From contig CAYQNO010000013.1 of assembly GCA_964419045.1 (NCBI GenBank), forward strand, positions 3,808 through 67,807: a DNA stretch of 64,000 bases. Reading direction: 5' to 3'. Numbering within the stretch: position 1 is the first letter of the stretch; every line of letters starts with the position of its first letter. The stretch comes from an uncultured Flavobacteriales bacterium (GTDB taxonomy: Bacteria > Pseudomonadota > Alphaproteobacteria > UBA8366 > CAVOAK01). The notes under the pieces were generated by a model. The model ran no database searches and was not told the DNA's origin. It saw nothing but the letters and a program-made list of their open reading frames with translations. A program made the position numbers and the translations under genes. This document shows, piece by piece, positions 51,377 through 62,725 of this stretch.

Positions 51377-51499
51377 GAAAAATCATTCATTTTTAAGCAC
51401 AACCCAATACTAGATATACTTCAGACATTGGTTTCTGAGCCCATGCTCTCACCTTTTGGCTAAACTGCCAGCCCACTCGTATCTCTATGCGAATCCCCG

Positions 51500-51877
51500 T
51501 TACTTAATTTTTCGATGACAAGACGAACCTTCTTCAATCGTGCAGCAAGTATATCCCCAACCCTCTTTCATAATCAGTTTTTCATCAATTACATGTTGTA
51601 ACGCCAATTTCTTGCACGAGCTCAACCCAAGAGTTTCCCCAATACTGACTTCCTTGCCATCTGGATATTTGAACATAATATTGAAGTCTAATTTTTCATT
51701 AGAATCTAACTTGCCCTGTGTGCTCATGACTATATCAGACTTGGCCCCACGGCGGACTCCATCGTTCTCGGTCGAGGTCACTCCGTACTGGGTATCGGGT
51801 GTTCCGGACTGTTCGTCACACGCGACAGCTAAAAGCAAAAAAGAACACGCTATTAGTCTCGCTATCAGATTTGTCAA
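51500..51877 (-). CDS. Hypothetical lipoprotein
   Basis: TTG start, lipobox LAVAC, C-terminal Cys cluster (SSC...YTCC...SSC). Confidence 0.65.
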   Translation of the reverse strand: MTNLIARLIACSFLLLAVACDEQSGTPDTQYGVTSTENDGVRRGAKSDIVMSTQGKLDSNEKLDFNIMFKYPDGKEVSIGETLGLSSCKKLALQHVIDEKLIMKEGWGYTCCTIEEGSSCHRKIK

Positions 51878-52447
51878 TTTTTCCTCGTATTCTATGCCAG
51901 CAAAACATTGTGAAGTTGCTACACATCCCGAACTTCAAACTAGAAAACAATTTCAGAATTGTAATTCAAATTGTTGCACTAGTTTCTCATACTCGTTCTA
52001 ATCACTCAACGTTGAGAACAATTTGAATTGTATTTAATCGAACGTAATTAGTTAGTATTTCCATATGATCGTTTACTGGAGATTACCAGGGTTCATCACA
52101 AGTGTCCAACTCACCGATAACAGGTAAGACACGACCTGTGAACCAATGACTTTCTTTAGTGTAATTGAGAATGATCCATTTCATAACTGATAGACGCATT
52201 TTGTTCGTAGATTAACTACTTAACACGCATGCATCTAAAATCTTAAGTGAATTAAATCGCCATACAAACCTTTTGTCCAGGGTGGGGCGATTCCAAAATA
52301 GTCTTATTTATCTAACTCTTACTTGCGATTATAAGAAATATATGAGGTAGCTCTATTTATCCAATTTAGGAATTTAGCGTTGTTGTATATCAGATTATTC
52401 TACAATAGCCCCGACATCACAATTAGTGTGAGTTATTAGTCCACGCC

Positions 52448-54340
52448 ATGCTGAGGATATCCAATATAACTGTGCGTTTGGGTGGGAGGGCAATTCTCGA
52501 TAAAACCTCAGCTTCAATTGTGCCGGGAAGCCGCGTTGGACTCGTCGGTCGAAATGGTGCTGGTAAGTCGACCCTGATGAAAGTGGTCGCAGGAATACTG
52601 GATACTGATACAGGAAATATTCAGACCAATCGTAAAACAAGTATTGGGTACATTGCTCAGCAAGCACCCGCAGGTAACGATTCACCCTTCGATCGTGTTT
52701 TAGCCGCTGACACAGAGCGGACGCAATTGATGGAGATAGCTGAAAATGCGACGGATAGCGATCAGATAGGCGAAACTCACGAGCGTCTAAATGCTATAGA
52801 AGCCCATGCTGCACCCGCTCGTGTTGCACGTATTCTTGCTGGCCTAGGCTTTGATGAAGAGGCCCAAAAACAGACACTCGATAGCTTTTCCGGTGGGTGG
52901 CGCATGCGTGTGGCAATAGCAGAGTTGCTGTTTTCTGGGCCTGAGTTGTTGTTATTAGACGAACCAAGCAACCATTTGGATCTTGAAGCTACGATGTGGT
53001 TGGAATCCTTTCTTAAAAATTATCGTGGTACCCTACTTTTGATCAGCCACGAGCGAGATTTTTTGAACAATGTGGTAGATCATATTCTCCACCTGGAGGG
53101 AGGCAAAGTGACGCTTTATACTGGTGGCTATGATTCGTTTGAGCGCCAAAGAAGCGAACGTCTAACACGTGTCGTGTCAATGCGTGTTAAGAAGGAACGC
53201 CAACGAGCCAATTTACAAGCATTTGTCGATCGATGGCGTTATAAGGCTCATTCTGCAAGGCAGGCACAGAGTCGTCTAAAGGCGCTAGAGCGTATGGAAC
53301 CTATTGCCGCCTCCATAGAAGATCCAAACCTGACTTTTTGTTTTCCTAGCCCGACCAATTTAAGGCCGCCACTTATCGTCATAGATGAAGTAGCAGTTGG
53401 ATATACAGAAAATATTCCTGTCTTGGCCAATCTAAACCTACGCCTGGATCCCGATGATCGGGTTGCGTTCCTCGGCCGCAACGGCAATGGAAAAACGACA
53501 CTAGCACGCCTACTGGGTGGACGCCTAAAGCCTATGTCAGGGTCAGTAAATGCCAGCAGAAAATTACGTGTTGGATATTTTGCACAGCATCAAGTAGAGG
53601 AGTTGGACACCAAAGAAACGCCTATTCAACAAATGTCACGCCTGATGCTGGGTGTAGGTCCCCAAAAAGTGCGTGAGCAGCTTGGCAGATTCGGATTTTC
53701 CGGTGATAGGGCGGAGTTGCCAATTTGTAATCTCTCTGGTGGCGAAAGAGCACGTCTTGCCCTTTCATTGATCACACGAGACGCACCACATCTGCTAATT
53801 CTGGACGAGCCTACTAACCATCTAGATGTTGATGCGCGCGAGGCTCTAGTTCAAGCCCTTAACGATTATAAGGGGGCAGTCATCATTATTAGTCACGATC
53901 GACATTTATTACAGTTAACCGCGGACCGTCTAGTTGTAGTTGCTAATGGTAGCGCTACCGACTATTCCGGTACGTTAGAACAATATAAAGAAAGTGTTCT
54001 AAACGACTCAACAACTGGACCTAGTAAGAACAAGAGACCAAACCAGAAACTAAGCCGAAAGGACGAGCGTCGACTAGCTGCTAGGCAACGTGAGAATACG
54101 AAGTTGCTCCGCAAGACTATGAAAGATGCCGAACGGAAGCATAAAAACCTGTTAGAGGAACGATCAGAGATTGATCAGGCACTGCACGATTCAAAGTTAT
54201 ATAACAAGCGAGAAAACAACAATTCTATAGCCAAACTGATGAGAAAACGCTCTTTAATAGACCAAGCAATTATCGATGCGGAATCTAATTGGTTAAAGGC
54301 TGTTGAGGCGCTGGATTGCGAAAGAGTTGACACTACTTGA
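52448..54340 (+). CDS. ABC-F family ribosome-associated ATPase (YheS-like)
   Basis: Two ABC cassettes GRNGAGKST/FSGGWRMR/LLDEPSNHLD and GRNGNGKTT/LSGGER/LDEPTNHLD; no TM; C-terminal coiled coil. Confidence 0.93.
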   Translation: MLRISNITVRLGGRAILDKTSASIVPGSRVGLVGRNGAGKSTLMKVVAGILDTDTGNIQTNRKTSIGYIAQQAPAGNDSPFDRVLAADTERTQLMEIAENATDSDQIGETHERLNAIEAHAAPARVARILAGLGFDEEAQKQTLDSFSGGWRMRVAIAELLFSGPELLLLDEPSNHLDLEATMWLESFLKNYRGTLLLISHERDFLNNVVDHILHLEGGKVTLYTGGYDSFERQRSERLTRVVSMRVKKERQRANLQAFVDRWRYKAHSARQAQSRLKALERMEPIAASIEDPNLTFCFPSPTNLRPPLIVIDEVAVGYTENIPVLANLNLRLDPDDRVAFLGRNGNGKTTLARLLGGRLKPMSGSVNASRKLRVGYFAQHQVEELDTKETPIQQMSRLMLGVGPQKVREQLGRFGFSGDRAELPICNLSGGERARLALSLITRDAPHLLILDEPTNHLDVDAREALVQALNDYKGAVIIISHDRHLLQLTADRLVVVANGSATDYSGTLEQYKESVLNDSTTGPSKNKRPNQKLSRKDERRLAARQRENTKLLRKTMKDAERKHKNLLEERSEIDQALHDSKLYNKRENNNSIAKLMRKRSLIDQAIIDAESNWLKAVEALDCERVDTT

Positions 54341-54413
54341 TGCGTAGGTGCAAAGATAATTAATGTATCGCGTACAAGCTTTATCAACTTCTAACGCAAC
54401 TGAGTAACCGGTC

Positions 54414-54866
54414 TTGACTGCGGTCTATGTTGATGCAGATGCCTGCCCGGTCAAGGACGAAATAGTCCGTGTAGTTCGTCGCCACAAAATTGTAGCCCAT
54501 ATGATCTCTAATCAGTGGATGCGTCTAGTCGATGACCCACTGATACGGCAAGTAAACGTCGAGCAAGGTCCTAACATCGCCGATAATTGGATAGCTGAAC
54601 GAATTGGACCGAGGGATATCGCGGTTACCGCTGATATACCTTTGGCAGCGCGATGCCTGGATACCGGAGCCATCGTTATGGGGCCTGACGGTCGCTCATT
54701 CACTAAAGCCAGCATCGGCATGACGCTTGCAATCCGCAATTTGAATTTTTATTTGCGGGAAACTGGCGAGATCAGTGGAAACAATCCGACGTTTTCCAAA
54801 AAAGACCGTCTGCGCTTTCTCGATGCCTTAGAAGCCGCAGTCCGAGTTTCTAAGCACTTAAGCTAA
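54414..54866 (+). CDS. YaiI/YqxD (UPF0178) family protein
   Basis: YVDADACPVK, AD.WI, VTADIPLA.RC. Confidence 0.9.
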   Translation: MTAVYVDADACPVKDEIVRVVRRHKIVAHMISNQWMRLVDDPLIRQVNVEQGPNIADNWIAERIGPRDIAVTADIPLAARCLDTGAIVMGPDGRSFTKASIGMTLAIRNLNFYLRETGEISGNNPTFSKKDRLRFLDALEAAVRVSKHLS

Positions 54867-54892
54867 CAGGCGACGGCCGCAGAATTCTGTAT

Positions 54893-55885
54893 CTAAGTAC
54901 CAATCATCTCTCCTACAAGCTCAAAAGATCGCAGGCGTTTTTCATGATCGTGGATATTACTTGTAATCATTATTTCATCCGCCTCGGTTTTTTCAATGAA
55001 TGCTGAAATTTCGCGCTCTACAACTTCGGGTGCACCAGTTGCAGAGCAAGACAACGCCGAGTCCAAAAGCAACTTTTCGGGCGGCGTCAATCGGTCCTCA
55101 TAACCGGCGACCGGCGGTGGTAACTTGCCCGGCAGTCCATGGCGACGGTTAATGAAGGATTGCAGAACTGATGTCTTAAGGAAACTCGCTTCCTCATGCG
55201 AATCTGCTGCAAAAACATTCATGCCTACCATAACATATGGCTTATCTAGTTGGGTGCTCGGTTGGAATCGCTCACGATAGATTTTAATTGCCTGTGTCAA
55301 CGCAGCAGGTGCGAAGTGGGAAGCAAACGCATAGGGTAGACCAAGGACAGCAGCAAGCTGAGCACCGTAAAGACTAGAGCCCAAAATCCAGATAGGCACG
55401 TTGAGCCCAGCTCCCGGTACAGCACGAATCATCTGATCGGGCTCTGGTTCCTTAAAATAGTGTTGCAACTCCAGTACATCCTGCGGAAAAGAGTCTGTGT
55501 CGCTCGTGAGGGTACGGCGCAGGGCATGGGCAGTGAGCTGGTCGGTACCCGGAGCCCGGCCAAGACCCAGTTCTATTCGCCCTGGAAACAGTGAAGCCAA
55601 AGTACCAAATTGTTCCGCTATAATAAGTGGAGCATGGTTGGGGAGCATTACACCCCCAGAACCAACCCTTATGCTCGAAGTTACCCTCGCTACCTGGCCA
55701 ATTACTACTGCTGTTGCAGCACTGGCGATACCGGGCATATTATGATGCTCAGCTAGCCAATAACGCTGATAGCCCCAGGCCTCGGCACTAGAAGCTAAGT
55801 CGAGCGTATTACCTAACGCCTGTCCTGCGTCACTCCCTTCAACAATAGGAGCTAAATCAAGTACGGAGAGAGGAGTTTTTATCAT
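54893..55885 (-). CDS. Luciferase-like (LLM) flavin-dependent monooxygenase, YhbW-type
   Basis: [44 protein letters not shown]. Confidence 0.92.
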   Translation of the reverse strand: MIKTPLSVLDLAPIVEGSDAGQALGNTLDLASSAEAWGYQRYWLAEHHNMPGIASAATAVVIGQVARVTSSIRVGSGGVMLPNHAPLIIAEQFGTLASLFPGRIELGLGRAPGTDQLTAHALRRTLTSDTDSFPQDVLELQHYFKEPEPDQMIRAVPGAGLNVPIWILGSSLYGAQLAAVLGLPYAFASHFAPAALTQAIKIYRERFQPSTQLDKPYVMVGMNVFAADSHEEASFLKTSVLQSFINRRHGLPGKLPPPVAGYEDRLTPPEKLLLDSALSCSATGAPEVVEREISAFIEKTEADEIMITSNIHDHEKRLRSFELVGEMIGT

Positions 55886-56331
55886 CTAACTCACTATGGT
55901 TGCTACCTCGCATCGACGAACCAGCATTTATAATTCGGACTTGTAAAATAAGTAACGAATCCGGAAGTAAAGTACACCACGGGCAATGATGTTGCTGTTC
56001 CATTCATTTTTGAAACAACACCACGTGACAACACAACACGTAATGTCACAAATACCTTTAAAGCACGCCAAAAATAAACAGCTGCTAATGTAACGAAAAA
56101 ATGCAAGCTACATCTCTGGCAGAGATTTAATCCATTCCTCCCACTATTATGCTGTAACTTATGACTACTCAATGGCACTGAGATAGCAACACTGCATGCA
56201 AAACCCCAGAACCATGCCAAACAAATTCTGATAGTTTTACAACATCGTGCTCTACCGAACTCTAAGATTGAGTTAACTCGCTGGTGTAAAAATTTGTCAA
56301 TGCTGAATCCCCTGGATTATTCTGAGCTGTT

Positions 56332-57624
56332 ATGTTGACGAGAAAAGATCACAAGAGTAGTGAGCCAAATTCGAGAACTTCATTATCAGTTCTTTCTTGG
56401 GCCACCTACGACTGGGCGAATTCAGCCTATGCTGCAGTTGTAGGCACATTTGTTTTTAGCACCTACTTCACTCAAGGCATTGCGCCAAACCCTGTTGATG
56501 GTACTGCCATGTGGGGGTATGCCATAAGCATTTCTGGGCTCTTAATCGGCTTAATAAGTCCCATTCTCGGCGCCATATCGGATCAAACTGGTAATAAAAA
56601 ATCTTGGATACTTTTCTTCACTTGTTGCCTAATCGTTTTCTCGTCTCTGTTGTGGTTTGCAAAGCCGGATCCAACATACGCAATGTGGGCGTTAATACTT
56701 ATTGCACTGTGCAACTTCTCATTTGAGATGGGAATCATATTTTATAACGCAATGCTTCCCGATGTTAGTGGCCCTGATCGGATCGGTCGGGTTTCAGGCT
56801 GGAGTTGGGGTTTTGGGTACGCTGGTGGGCTCGTTTGCCTGGGACTGACCTTCGTTGGGTTTGTAAATGCAGAGACTCCTTGGTTTGGATTGGACAAAGA
56901 GCAGGCCGAGCACCTTAGAATTACTGGTCCGATCGTCGCTATTTGGCTCCTGATTTTTTCCTTACCTTTATTCCTGTTTACTCCCGAGAGCAGGCCAAAG
57001 AGTATTTCATTTTGGGAGTCAGCAAAATTAGGGCTAGTAACATTCATCAAAACCCTGAAGCGCGTTAGACATTACATGAACATCGTCCGCTTTCTGATCG
57101 CCCACATGATCTATAGGGATGGCCTCACAACGTTGTTCACATTTGGCGGAATTTATGCCGCTGGTACTTTTGGAATGGAATTTTCTGAACTAATTCTATT
57201 TGGGATTGGCATGAGTGTAACTGCTGGAATAGGAGCAACTGCCTTTGGCTGGATAGACGATTGGATTGGTCCAAGGCGAACCATTATTATCTCGCTCGTG
57301 TCAATGACAATACTTTCAGTTATTATTGTATGCATTGAAAGCAAAACACTCTTTTGGGGTATCGCCATGATACTGGGTGTTTTTATTGGTCCTACACAAG
57401 CCGCCAGCAGGTCAATGATGGCTCATCTTTCACCGATTGAATTGAGAACCGAACTGTTTGGTTTTTTTGCTTTATCAGGCAAAGCAACTAATTTTGTCGG
57501 ACCGGCAATTCTTGCCTGGGTTACTTCGATTGCGGGAAGTCAGCGTGCTGGAATGGCAACAATAATAGTTTTTTTCCTTATTGGGCTTCTATTATTCTTT
57601 CGTGTAACAGAGAGACGAAACTGA
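56332..57624 (+). CDS. MFS transporter, UMF1/Atg22-like
   Basis: SWATYDWANS, FYNAMLP, SGWSWGFGY.GG, QAASRS, LFGFFALSGK. Confidence 0.88.
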   Translation: MLTRKDHKSSEPNSRTSLSVLSWATYDWANSAYAAVVGTFVFSTYFTQGIAPNPVDGTAMWGYAISISGLLIGLISPILGAISDQTGNKKSWILFFTCCLIVFSSLLWFAKPDPTYAMWALILIALCNFSFEMGIIFYNAMLPDVSGPDRIGRVSGWSWGFGYAGGLVCLGLTFVGFVNAETPWFGLDKEQAEHLRITGPIVAIWLLIFSLPLFLFTPESRPKSISFWESAKLGLVTFIKTLKRVRHYMNIVRFLIAHMIYRDGLTTLFTFGGIYAAGTFGMEFSELILFGIGMSVTAGIGATAFGWIDDWIGPRRTIIISLVSMTILSVIIVCIESKTLFWGIAMILGVFIGPTQAASRSMMAHLSPIELRTELFGFFALSGKATNFVGPAILAWVTSIAGSQRAGMATIIVFFLIGLLLFFRVTERRN

Positions 57625-57743
57625 ATCGATTTTCGGTGCCCAGAAAATTACCGCCACTATCACAAGACTACTAGCAACATGCCTAATCCGTAGAATCTTA
57701 GAATTACAAATATTTCACGGACCGAATGCCAAATTTATAATAT

Positions 57744-57830
57744 TGGTGCCCGCCCCGGGACTCGAACCCGGACACCCTTTCGGATAAGGGATTTTAAGTC
57801 CCTTGCGTCTACCGATTCCGCCAAGCGGGC
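57744..57830 (-). tRNA. tRNA-Leu (anticodon TAA)
   Basis: Reverse complement GCCCGCTTGGCGGAATCGGTAGACGC-AGGGA-CTTAAAA-TCCCT, long variable arm, GGTTCGAGTCC, GCGGGCA-CCA; 87 nt. Confidence 0.95.
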
Positions 57831-57979
57831 ATGACACCTAAATGTAACTCAATAAATAACTGCGTGCAGAGTGAGTAGCAAGTATGAGTCAGACGTGGCT
57901 ATCAGTTTCTCCGTTCTAGATTTGGCTAAATGAATTCACTAATTACCAAAATAGAGATTTTAGAGCCATAACACGCTTT

Positions 57980-58765
57980 TTAGGAAGGTTCTAACGGCGT
58001 GTCGCCTAACGCAAGGACAAGCTCAGATACTTCGGATACGGCGGCTTCTATTTGGCCTTCATCCACGCCACGTATTACCATTGCAACGTTGTATCCCTCA
58101 TTGCGAAGGTATGAGGGATAACTACCAATTTCTAGGTCAGGATAACGCCCCTGCACATCGCCAAGACCCTCAGCAATAGTCCCTTCTGGTAGTTTACAAG
58201 TAATCGTTCGCGAAATCATAGGCTGGCCTCGTTTCAAACTCTGCTTCAAACCTTCGAACATGGCTTGCATGATACGCGGCACGCCAGCCATGACATATAC
58301 GTTCTCCATCTGAAAACCCGGCACGACAGAATCTGTATTCTCTATCAGCATGGCGCCTTCCGGCATCTTTGCCATTCGCAAACGCGCTTCATTTAGTAAG
58401 GTACCATGCTTACTCACTTGTTGCTCAAGGAGGCGGCGCGCTGTGGGGTGTTCAGCCAACTTTACTTCAAACGCTTTAGCTATACATTCAGAGGTGATGT
58501 CGTCATGGGTCGGGCCAATGCCGCCTGTAGTGAACACATAGTTGTAGCACGATCTTAGTTCATTGACTGCATCCACGATTACTCGTTCTACGTCAGGGAC
58601 AACTCTTACCTCCAATAGCCGTACCCCCAATTTTGTCAGTTCACTAGCTAGATAGTGCAGATTGGCATCTTTTGTACGGCCCGAGAGAATCTCGTTACCT
58701 ATTATTAGCATTGCTGCAGTAACGGCCGTGGCTCCGGTACCTTGTTCGATCGAATCTCCGGCCAT
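57980..58765 (-). CDS. CinA N-terminal-like molybdopterin-binding-domain protein
   Basis: IIGNEILSGRTKDAN, TTGGIGPTHDDIT, MAGVP.IM, IGSYP. Confidence 0.88.
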   Translation of the reverse strand: MAGDSIEQGTGATAVTAAMLIIGNEILSGRTKDANLHYLASELTKLGVRLLEVRVVPDVERVIVDAVNELRSCYNYVFTTGGIGPTHDDITSECIAKAFEVKLAEHPTARRLLEQQVSKHGTLLNEARLRMAKMPEGAMLIENTDSVVPGFQMENVYVMAGVPRIMQAMFEGLKQSLKRGQPMISRTITCKLPEGTIAEGLGDVQGRYPDLEIGSYPSYLRNEGYNVAMVIRGVDEGQIEAAVSEVSELVLALGDTPLEPS

Positions 58766-58975
58766 AAATTATTCTCTCCTGATCCGCCGATGCTTTGTAT
58801 ATTTATAATACTGCGTACCAGAACTGTGGTGAAGTTGCAGTTACATAGTCACTATCTCAACTAGGGTTTGTCGTTTATCAGGACAGACTATTATGTCAAG
58901 TGTGATGAACGGAATTGAGATTACTAGAAATAGCTTTTATTCAATTTATTAAAATCACACCAATCCCAAGTTAGA

Positions 58976-60037
58976 TCACGGCGCTTGATGGACCTCCGTT
59001 GTAATGTGGACAACACCCAATTGCTCGGGAATCAAAGTCTTGTAATGACTTGGTGTTCTTGGGTCACTCGTGACCAAAGTCACCGCCGCCGAATATATAT
59101 CGGGGCCAATAGACCAAGCATGCAGGTCAACAACACTATTTATTTCGTCACTTTCAATTGCATCACGTATACCACTTAAAACACTTTCTGGCGCCTGCCT
59201 ATCCAACAGGATTTTGCTGGTATCCCTCAACAAACCCCAAGACCATCGAGCGATAAGGAAAGAAGCTACTATACCGACAATTGGATCCAACCAATTCCAT
59301 CCAAAATATTTTGCTATAACCAGCGCTAAAATTGCCAAAATAGAAGTTAGTACATCGGCAAGTACATGCAGATATGCAGCCTTAAGATTGAGGTCCTGCC
59401 CTCCATGCCCATGCCCGTGCCCGTGCCCGTGCCCGTGACCGTGACCGTGACCGTTCTCATGATGTCCACCCAAAATATACAAACAAACAGCGTTTACTAT
59501 CAGCCCCAGTACTACAAGAATGATAGCCTCGTTAAAAGCTATGGCAGTGGGGGAGACCAATCGGTTAAAGCTTTCCCATGCAATACCCACGGAAAAAAGA
59601 GCCAAAATTAGCGCACTTACAAACCCACCCAGTGCATTAACTTTCCCAGCACCAAAAGAATAGCGTCCATCACGTGCATGAACGCGAGTATAACGATAGG
59701 AAATGGCCGTAATCCCGAGTGCCAAAACGTGCGACGCCATATGCAGTCCATCAGCCAGCAACGCGATAGAACCAAAGACAATCCCACCCACGATCTCAGC
59801 GACCATGGCTACCACTGTGATTAAAATAACAATGAGGGTACGTCTCTCTCCCTTTCGGACCTTTTCCTGGCCAAATGAATGATCATGCTGCCATGGTTCT
59901 AGCGTATTACTGTGGCGACAGTCAGGAGAGCAGAAATGGTTGGCTGAGACTGGGTTGAACAATACGAAACCCTCCATTGTGGATTCGAAATACCTACAAA
60001 ACGGAGTCAACTCATCAGAACCTATTAGGGTATACAC
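58976..60037 (-). CDS. dmeF: CDF family Co(II)/Ni(II) efflux transporter, DmeF-like
   Basis: WQHDHSF, LLADGLHMASH, His-Gly loop, NLKAAYLHVLAD. The true start is probably downstream of 60037. Confidence 0.82.
   Translation of the reverse strand: MYTLIGSDELTPFCRYFESTMEGFVLFNPVSANHFCSPDCRHSNTLEPWQHDHSFGQEKVRKGERRTLIVILITVVAMVAEIVGGIVFGSIALLADGLHMASHVLALGITAISYRYTRVHARDGRYSFGAGKVNALGGFVSALILALFSVGIAWESFNRLVSPTAIAFNEAIILVVLGLIVNAVCLYILGGHHENGHGHGHGHGHGHGHGHGGQDLNLKAAYLHVLADVLTSILAILALVIAKYFGWNWLDPIVGIVASFLIARWSWGLLRDTSKILLDRQAPESVLSGIRDAIESDEINSVVDLHAWSIGPDIYSAAVTLVTSDPRTPSHYKTLIPEQLGVVHITTEVHQAP
59403..59450 (-). repeat. Hexanucleotide tandem repeat encoding (Gly-His)8
   Basis: Plus strand CCATGC x2, CCGTGC x3, CCGTGA x3. 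Confidence 0.92.
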
Positions 60038-60238
60038 ATTCCTTTGGTGGTATCAAAGTTATAATAATTCCGGACTCCTCTTTGATCCAATTATCAAAAT
60101 ATGAACTGTTTACTAATAATCCACAGATGCTATCCATATTTATGACATCACTTACCAGATCAAGACAAAAATTTACGGCTACAATTACTTTATTCCTAGG
60201 GTGTTGCCGGTGTTTATCAGGGACGGTTATGTTACGCT

Positions 60239-60964
60239 ATGCAATTTAACGAAGCACTCGTGCCGGGAAGACTTATCAAGCGCTACAAGCGATTTCTCGC
60301 CGAAGTGAAGCTTGATGGAGGTGATATAGTTACAGCCCACTGTGCAAATCCGGGATCCATGCTTGGCCTTACCATGCAAGGATCAAGAGTCTGGCTATCA
60401 CCCAATCGCAGTCCGACCGCAAAGCTCGACTGGCGCTGGGAACTAATATGGGTTGATGACCATATGATCGGAATTAATACGGCACGTCCAAATGCGCTGG
60501 CTGCAGAGGCTATCAACGATGGTCGGATATACGAATTGCAACAATACGCCCACATGCGTCGTGAAGTACGGTATGGTGCAAATAGTCGAATAGACATTTT
60601 GCTTGAAGATAAAGATCGACCACCCTGTTATGTGGAGGTCAAAAACGTTAATCTTCGGCGCCCGGAAGGTGCTCATCCAAAGGCAGCTGAATTTCCTGAT
60701 TCGGTCACTAAACGAGGCGCTAAGCACCTAGTTGAATTGTCCGATATGGTGGCCCGTGGTTCACGTGCTGTCATGTTCTACCTTGTACAGCGTGGAGATT
60801 GCGACCATTTCAGAATAGCAGCTGATATTGATCCAACCTATGCAGTCGGACTTGCCCGAGCACTGGATGCTGGAGTTGAGGCTATTTGCTACTATTGCCA
60901 TATTGATGTCGAAGGAATTGAAGTTGAAGGTGCGCTTCCTCTCGTATTTGAGAAAGCGCTATAA
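60239..60964 (+). CDS. sfsA: DNA/RNA nuclease SfsA
   Basis: RYKRFLA, AHCANPGSM, SRIDILL, VEVKNV, FPDSVTKRG.KH. Confidence 0.93.
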   Translation: MQFNEALVPGRLIKRYKRFLAEVKLDGGDIVTAHCANPGSMLGLTMQGSRVWLSPNRSPTAKLDWRWELIWVDDHMIGINTARPNALAAEAINDGRIYELQQYAHMRREVRYGANSRIDILLEDKDRPPCYVEVKNVNLRRPEGAHPKAAEFPDSVTKRGAKHLVELSDMVARGSRAVMFYLVQRGDCDHFRIAADIDPTYAVGLARALDAGVEAICYYCHIDVEGIEVEGALPLVFEKAL

Positions 60965-61004
60965 CAATATCCATCAATTAGGACCAAATTTAAGTTGATA
61001 ATCC

Positions 61005-61832
61005 ATGAATGATATCCACACAAAATTCTACCACGATCAAGAATCAGGAGCTATTAAACTCCACAGCCAAGAAGCTGTTGAGGCCATGCGGCTCGCGGGG
61101 AAACTAGGAGCCGAGGTGCTTGACTACATCACGCCTCTAGTTGTACCCGGGGTCACTACAGGTTCTCTCGACAAGTTGTGTCATGAGTATATTGTTGATC
61201 ATAATGCTATCCCAGCACCACTCAATTACCGCGGATTTCCAAAGTCAATCTGTACTTCAGTAAACCACGTTGTTTGTCACGGGATCCCTAGTGATGAAAA
61301 GTGCCTACAGAATGGTGATATCTTAAATATTGACGTTACAGTGATTCTGGACGGCTGGCACGGTGATACTAGTCGTATGTTTCTTGTGGGTGACAAATCT
61401 GGGCGATTAGCTTCACGATTGATAAAGGTTACGTACGAGGCAATGATGAAAGGTATTTCAGTGGTCAAACCTGGAGCAACACTAGGTGATATTGGCTACG
61501 CCATCCAATCCTATGCTGAGGCTGAACGATTTTCTGTGGTACGTGACTTCTGTGGACACGGAATTGGGCGGATATTCCACGATACACCAAGTATTCTTCA
61601 TTTCGGAATAGCCGGCAAGGGAACAAAACTCCTTGAAGGGATGTTTTTCACGATCGAGCCAATGATCAATGCCGGTAAATACCCGGTAAAGATCCTTCAG
61701 GATGGTTGGACAGCTGTAACGAAGGACAGATCACTGTCAGCCCAGTTTGAGCATACGATCGGTGTAACGGCAGAGGGGTACGAAATTTTTACACTTTCAC
61801 CAGCAGGTTTTACATGTCCGCCATATAGCTGA
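61005..61832 (+). CDS. map: Methionine aminopeptidase type I
   Basis: CTSVN..VCHGIP, NIDVT, DTSRM, GHGIG, TIEPM, AQFEHT. Confidence 0.96.
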   Translation: MNDIHTKFYHDQESGAIKLHSQEAVEAMRLAGKLGAEVLDYITPLVVPGVTTGSLDKLCHEYIVDHNAIPAPLNYRGFPKSICTSVNHVVCHGIPSDEKCLQNGDILNIDVTVILDGWHGDTSRMFLVGDKSGRLASRLIKVTYEAMMKGISVVKPGATLGDIGYAIQSYAEAERFSVVRDFCGHGIGRIFHDTPSILHFGIAGKGTKLLEGMFFTIEPMINAGKYPVKILQDGWTAVTKDRSLSAQFEHTIGVTAEGYEIFTLSPAGFTCPPYS

Positions 61833-62146
61833 TTTGTAACCTAAGTTATTGATTAACGAAAACTAATAACTGAAATTGTAAATTCGCTTGTTTAAATCCA
61901 TTATTGGTTACACAGTGATGGTGGAGCACGTAAAATTGTAAACTAGATGATCAGCGGCAGCGAGTTAAGTGCGCTTACCTCGATTAATATCGAATGTACA
62001 CTCGTCTCAATAATACCCTCGCCGGATGATTTTACTGCAATTTCTCAAAATATATTTTTGGCTCAGGTTAAATGTTATATTTGCCTACATCAAGATGTTG
62101 TATAATCTATGAAAATGGTGTCTATATGATGTAATGGAGTTTAGGC

Positions 62147-62620
62147 ATGTATATTACGTGGCAACTTTGTAAGCTCATCCAGTCCCAGACAAGAGTTCTA
62201 GGAACCCTTTTTGCGTTGGTAGTTGCAGCCTGCTCCACGGCAGGGACCATTCCGACTGGCGCGCCCGCATCTGCTGAAGGCGAACAACCGCAGCAGGGAT
62301 TTGTAGTGTTCACCGACATACCTATGCCAGCCGACGCCTCAATCGTTCTAGACCAGACTATTGTTCTTGGAACAGGTGAGGAATGGATGGGCCGTGTGAC
62401 TATCAAAGCAAAGACAGGCCTAACCAGCGTTTTTGATTTTTACCGAGAGCAGATGCCCCAGTTTGGGTGGAAGGAACTTACTGTTCTGCGCAGCGCAACG
62501 AGTGTCCTCACCTATTCTCGTGATGAGCGTATTGCCACGATCCAGATAGAATCCAATAAGCAACTCTTCAAAGGATCTCGTATAATCTTCAGTGTCTCGC
62601 CGCATGGCACACAATCGTAA
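62147..62620 (+). CDS. Hypothetical lipoprotein
   Basis: Lipobox VAAC; FTDIPMP motif; start codon uncertain. Confidence 0.65.
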   Translation: MYITWQLCKLIQSQTRVLGTLFALVVAACSTAGTIPTGAPASAEGEQPQQGFVVFTDIPMPADASIVLDQTIVLGTGEEWMGRVTIKAKTGLTSVFDFYREQMPQFGWKELTVLRSATSVLTYSRDERIATIQIESNKQLFKGSRIIFSVSPHGTQS

Positions 62621-62725
62621 ATCTGAAACGTAGTAAGTTTTGTTCTTGCAATTAAACATAGGCGATGTGGATACAAATTTTCAGCACTGCTGGCCCATAT
62701 GCTAGTCACCGGTTAGAATAAGACC

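Noticed and set aside
52080-52200. 38-codon minus-strand ORF (MRLSVMKWIILNYTKESHWFTGRVLPVIGELDTCDEPW)
   Set aside because: No RBS or known motif; cannot distinguish from chance or a gene remnant.
55903-56220. 105-aa minus-strand ORF upstream of the LLM gene
   Set aside because: No recognisable motif, no RBS, odd composition; probably intergenic or decayed sequence.
57744-60037. tRNA-Leu as an island boundary
   Set aside because: No integrase, att repeat or mobility gene nearby.
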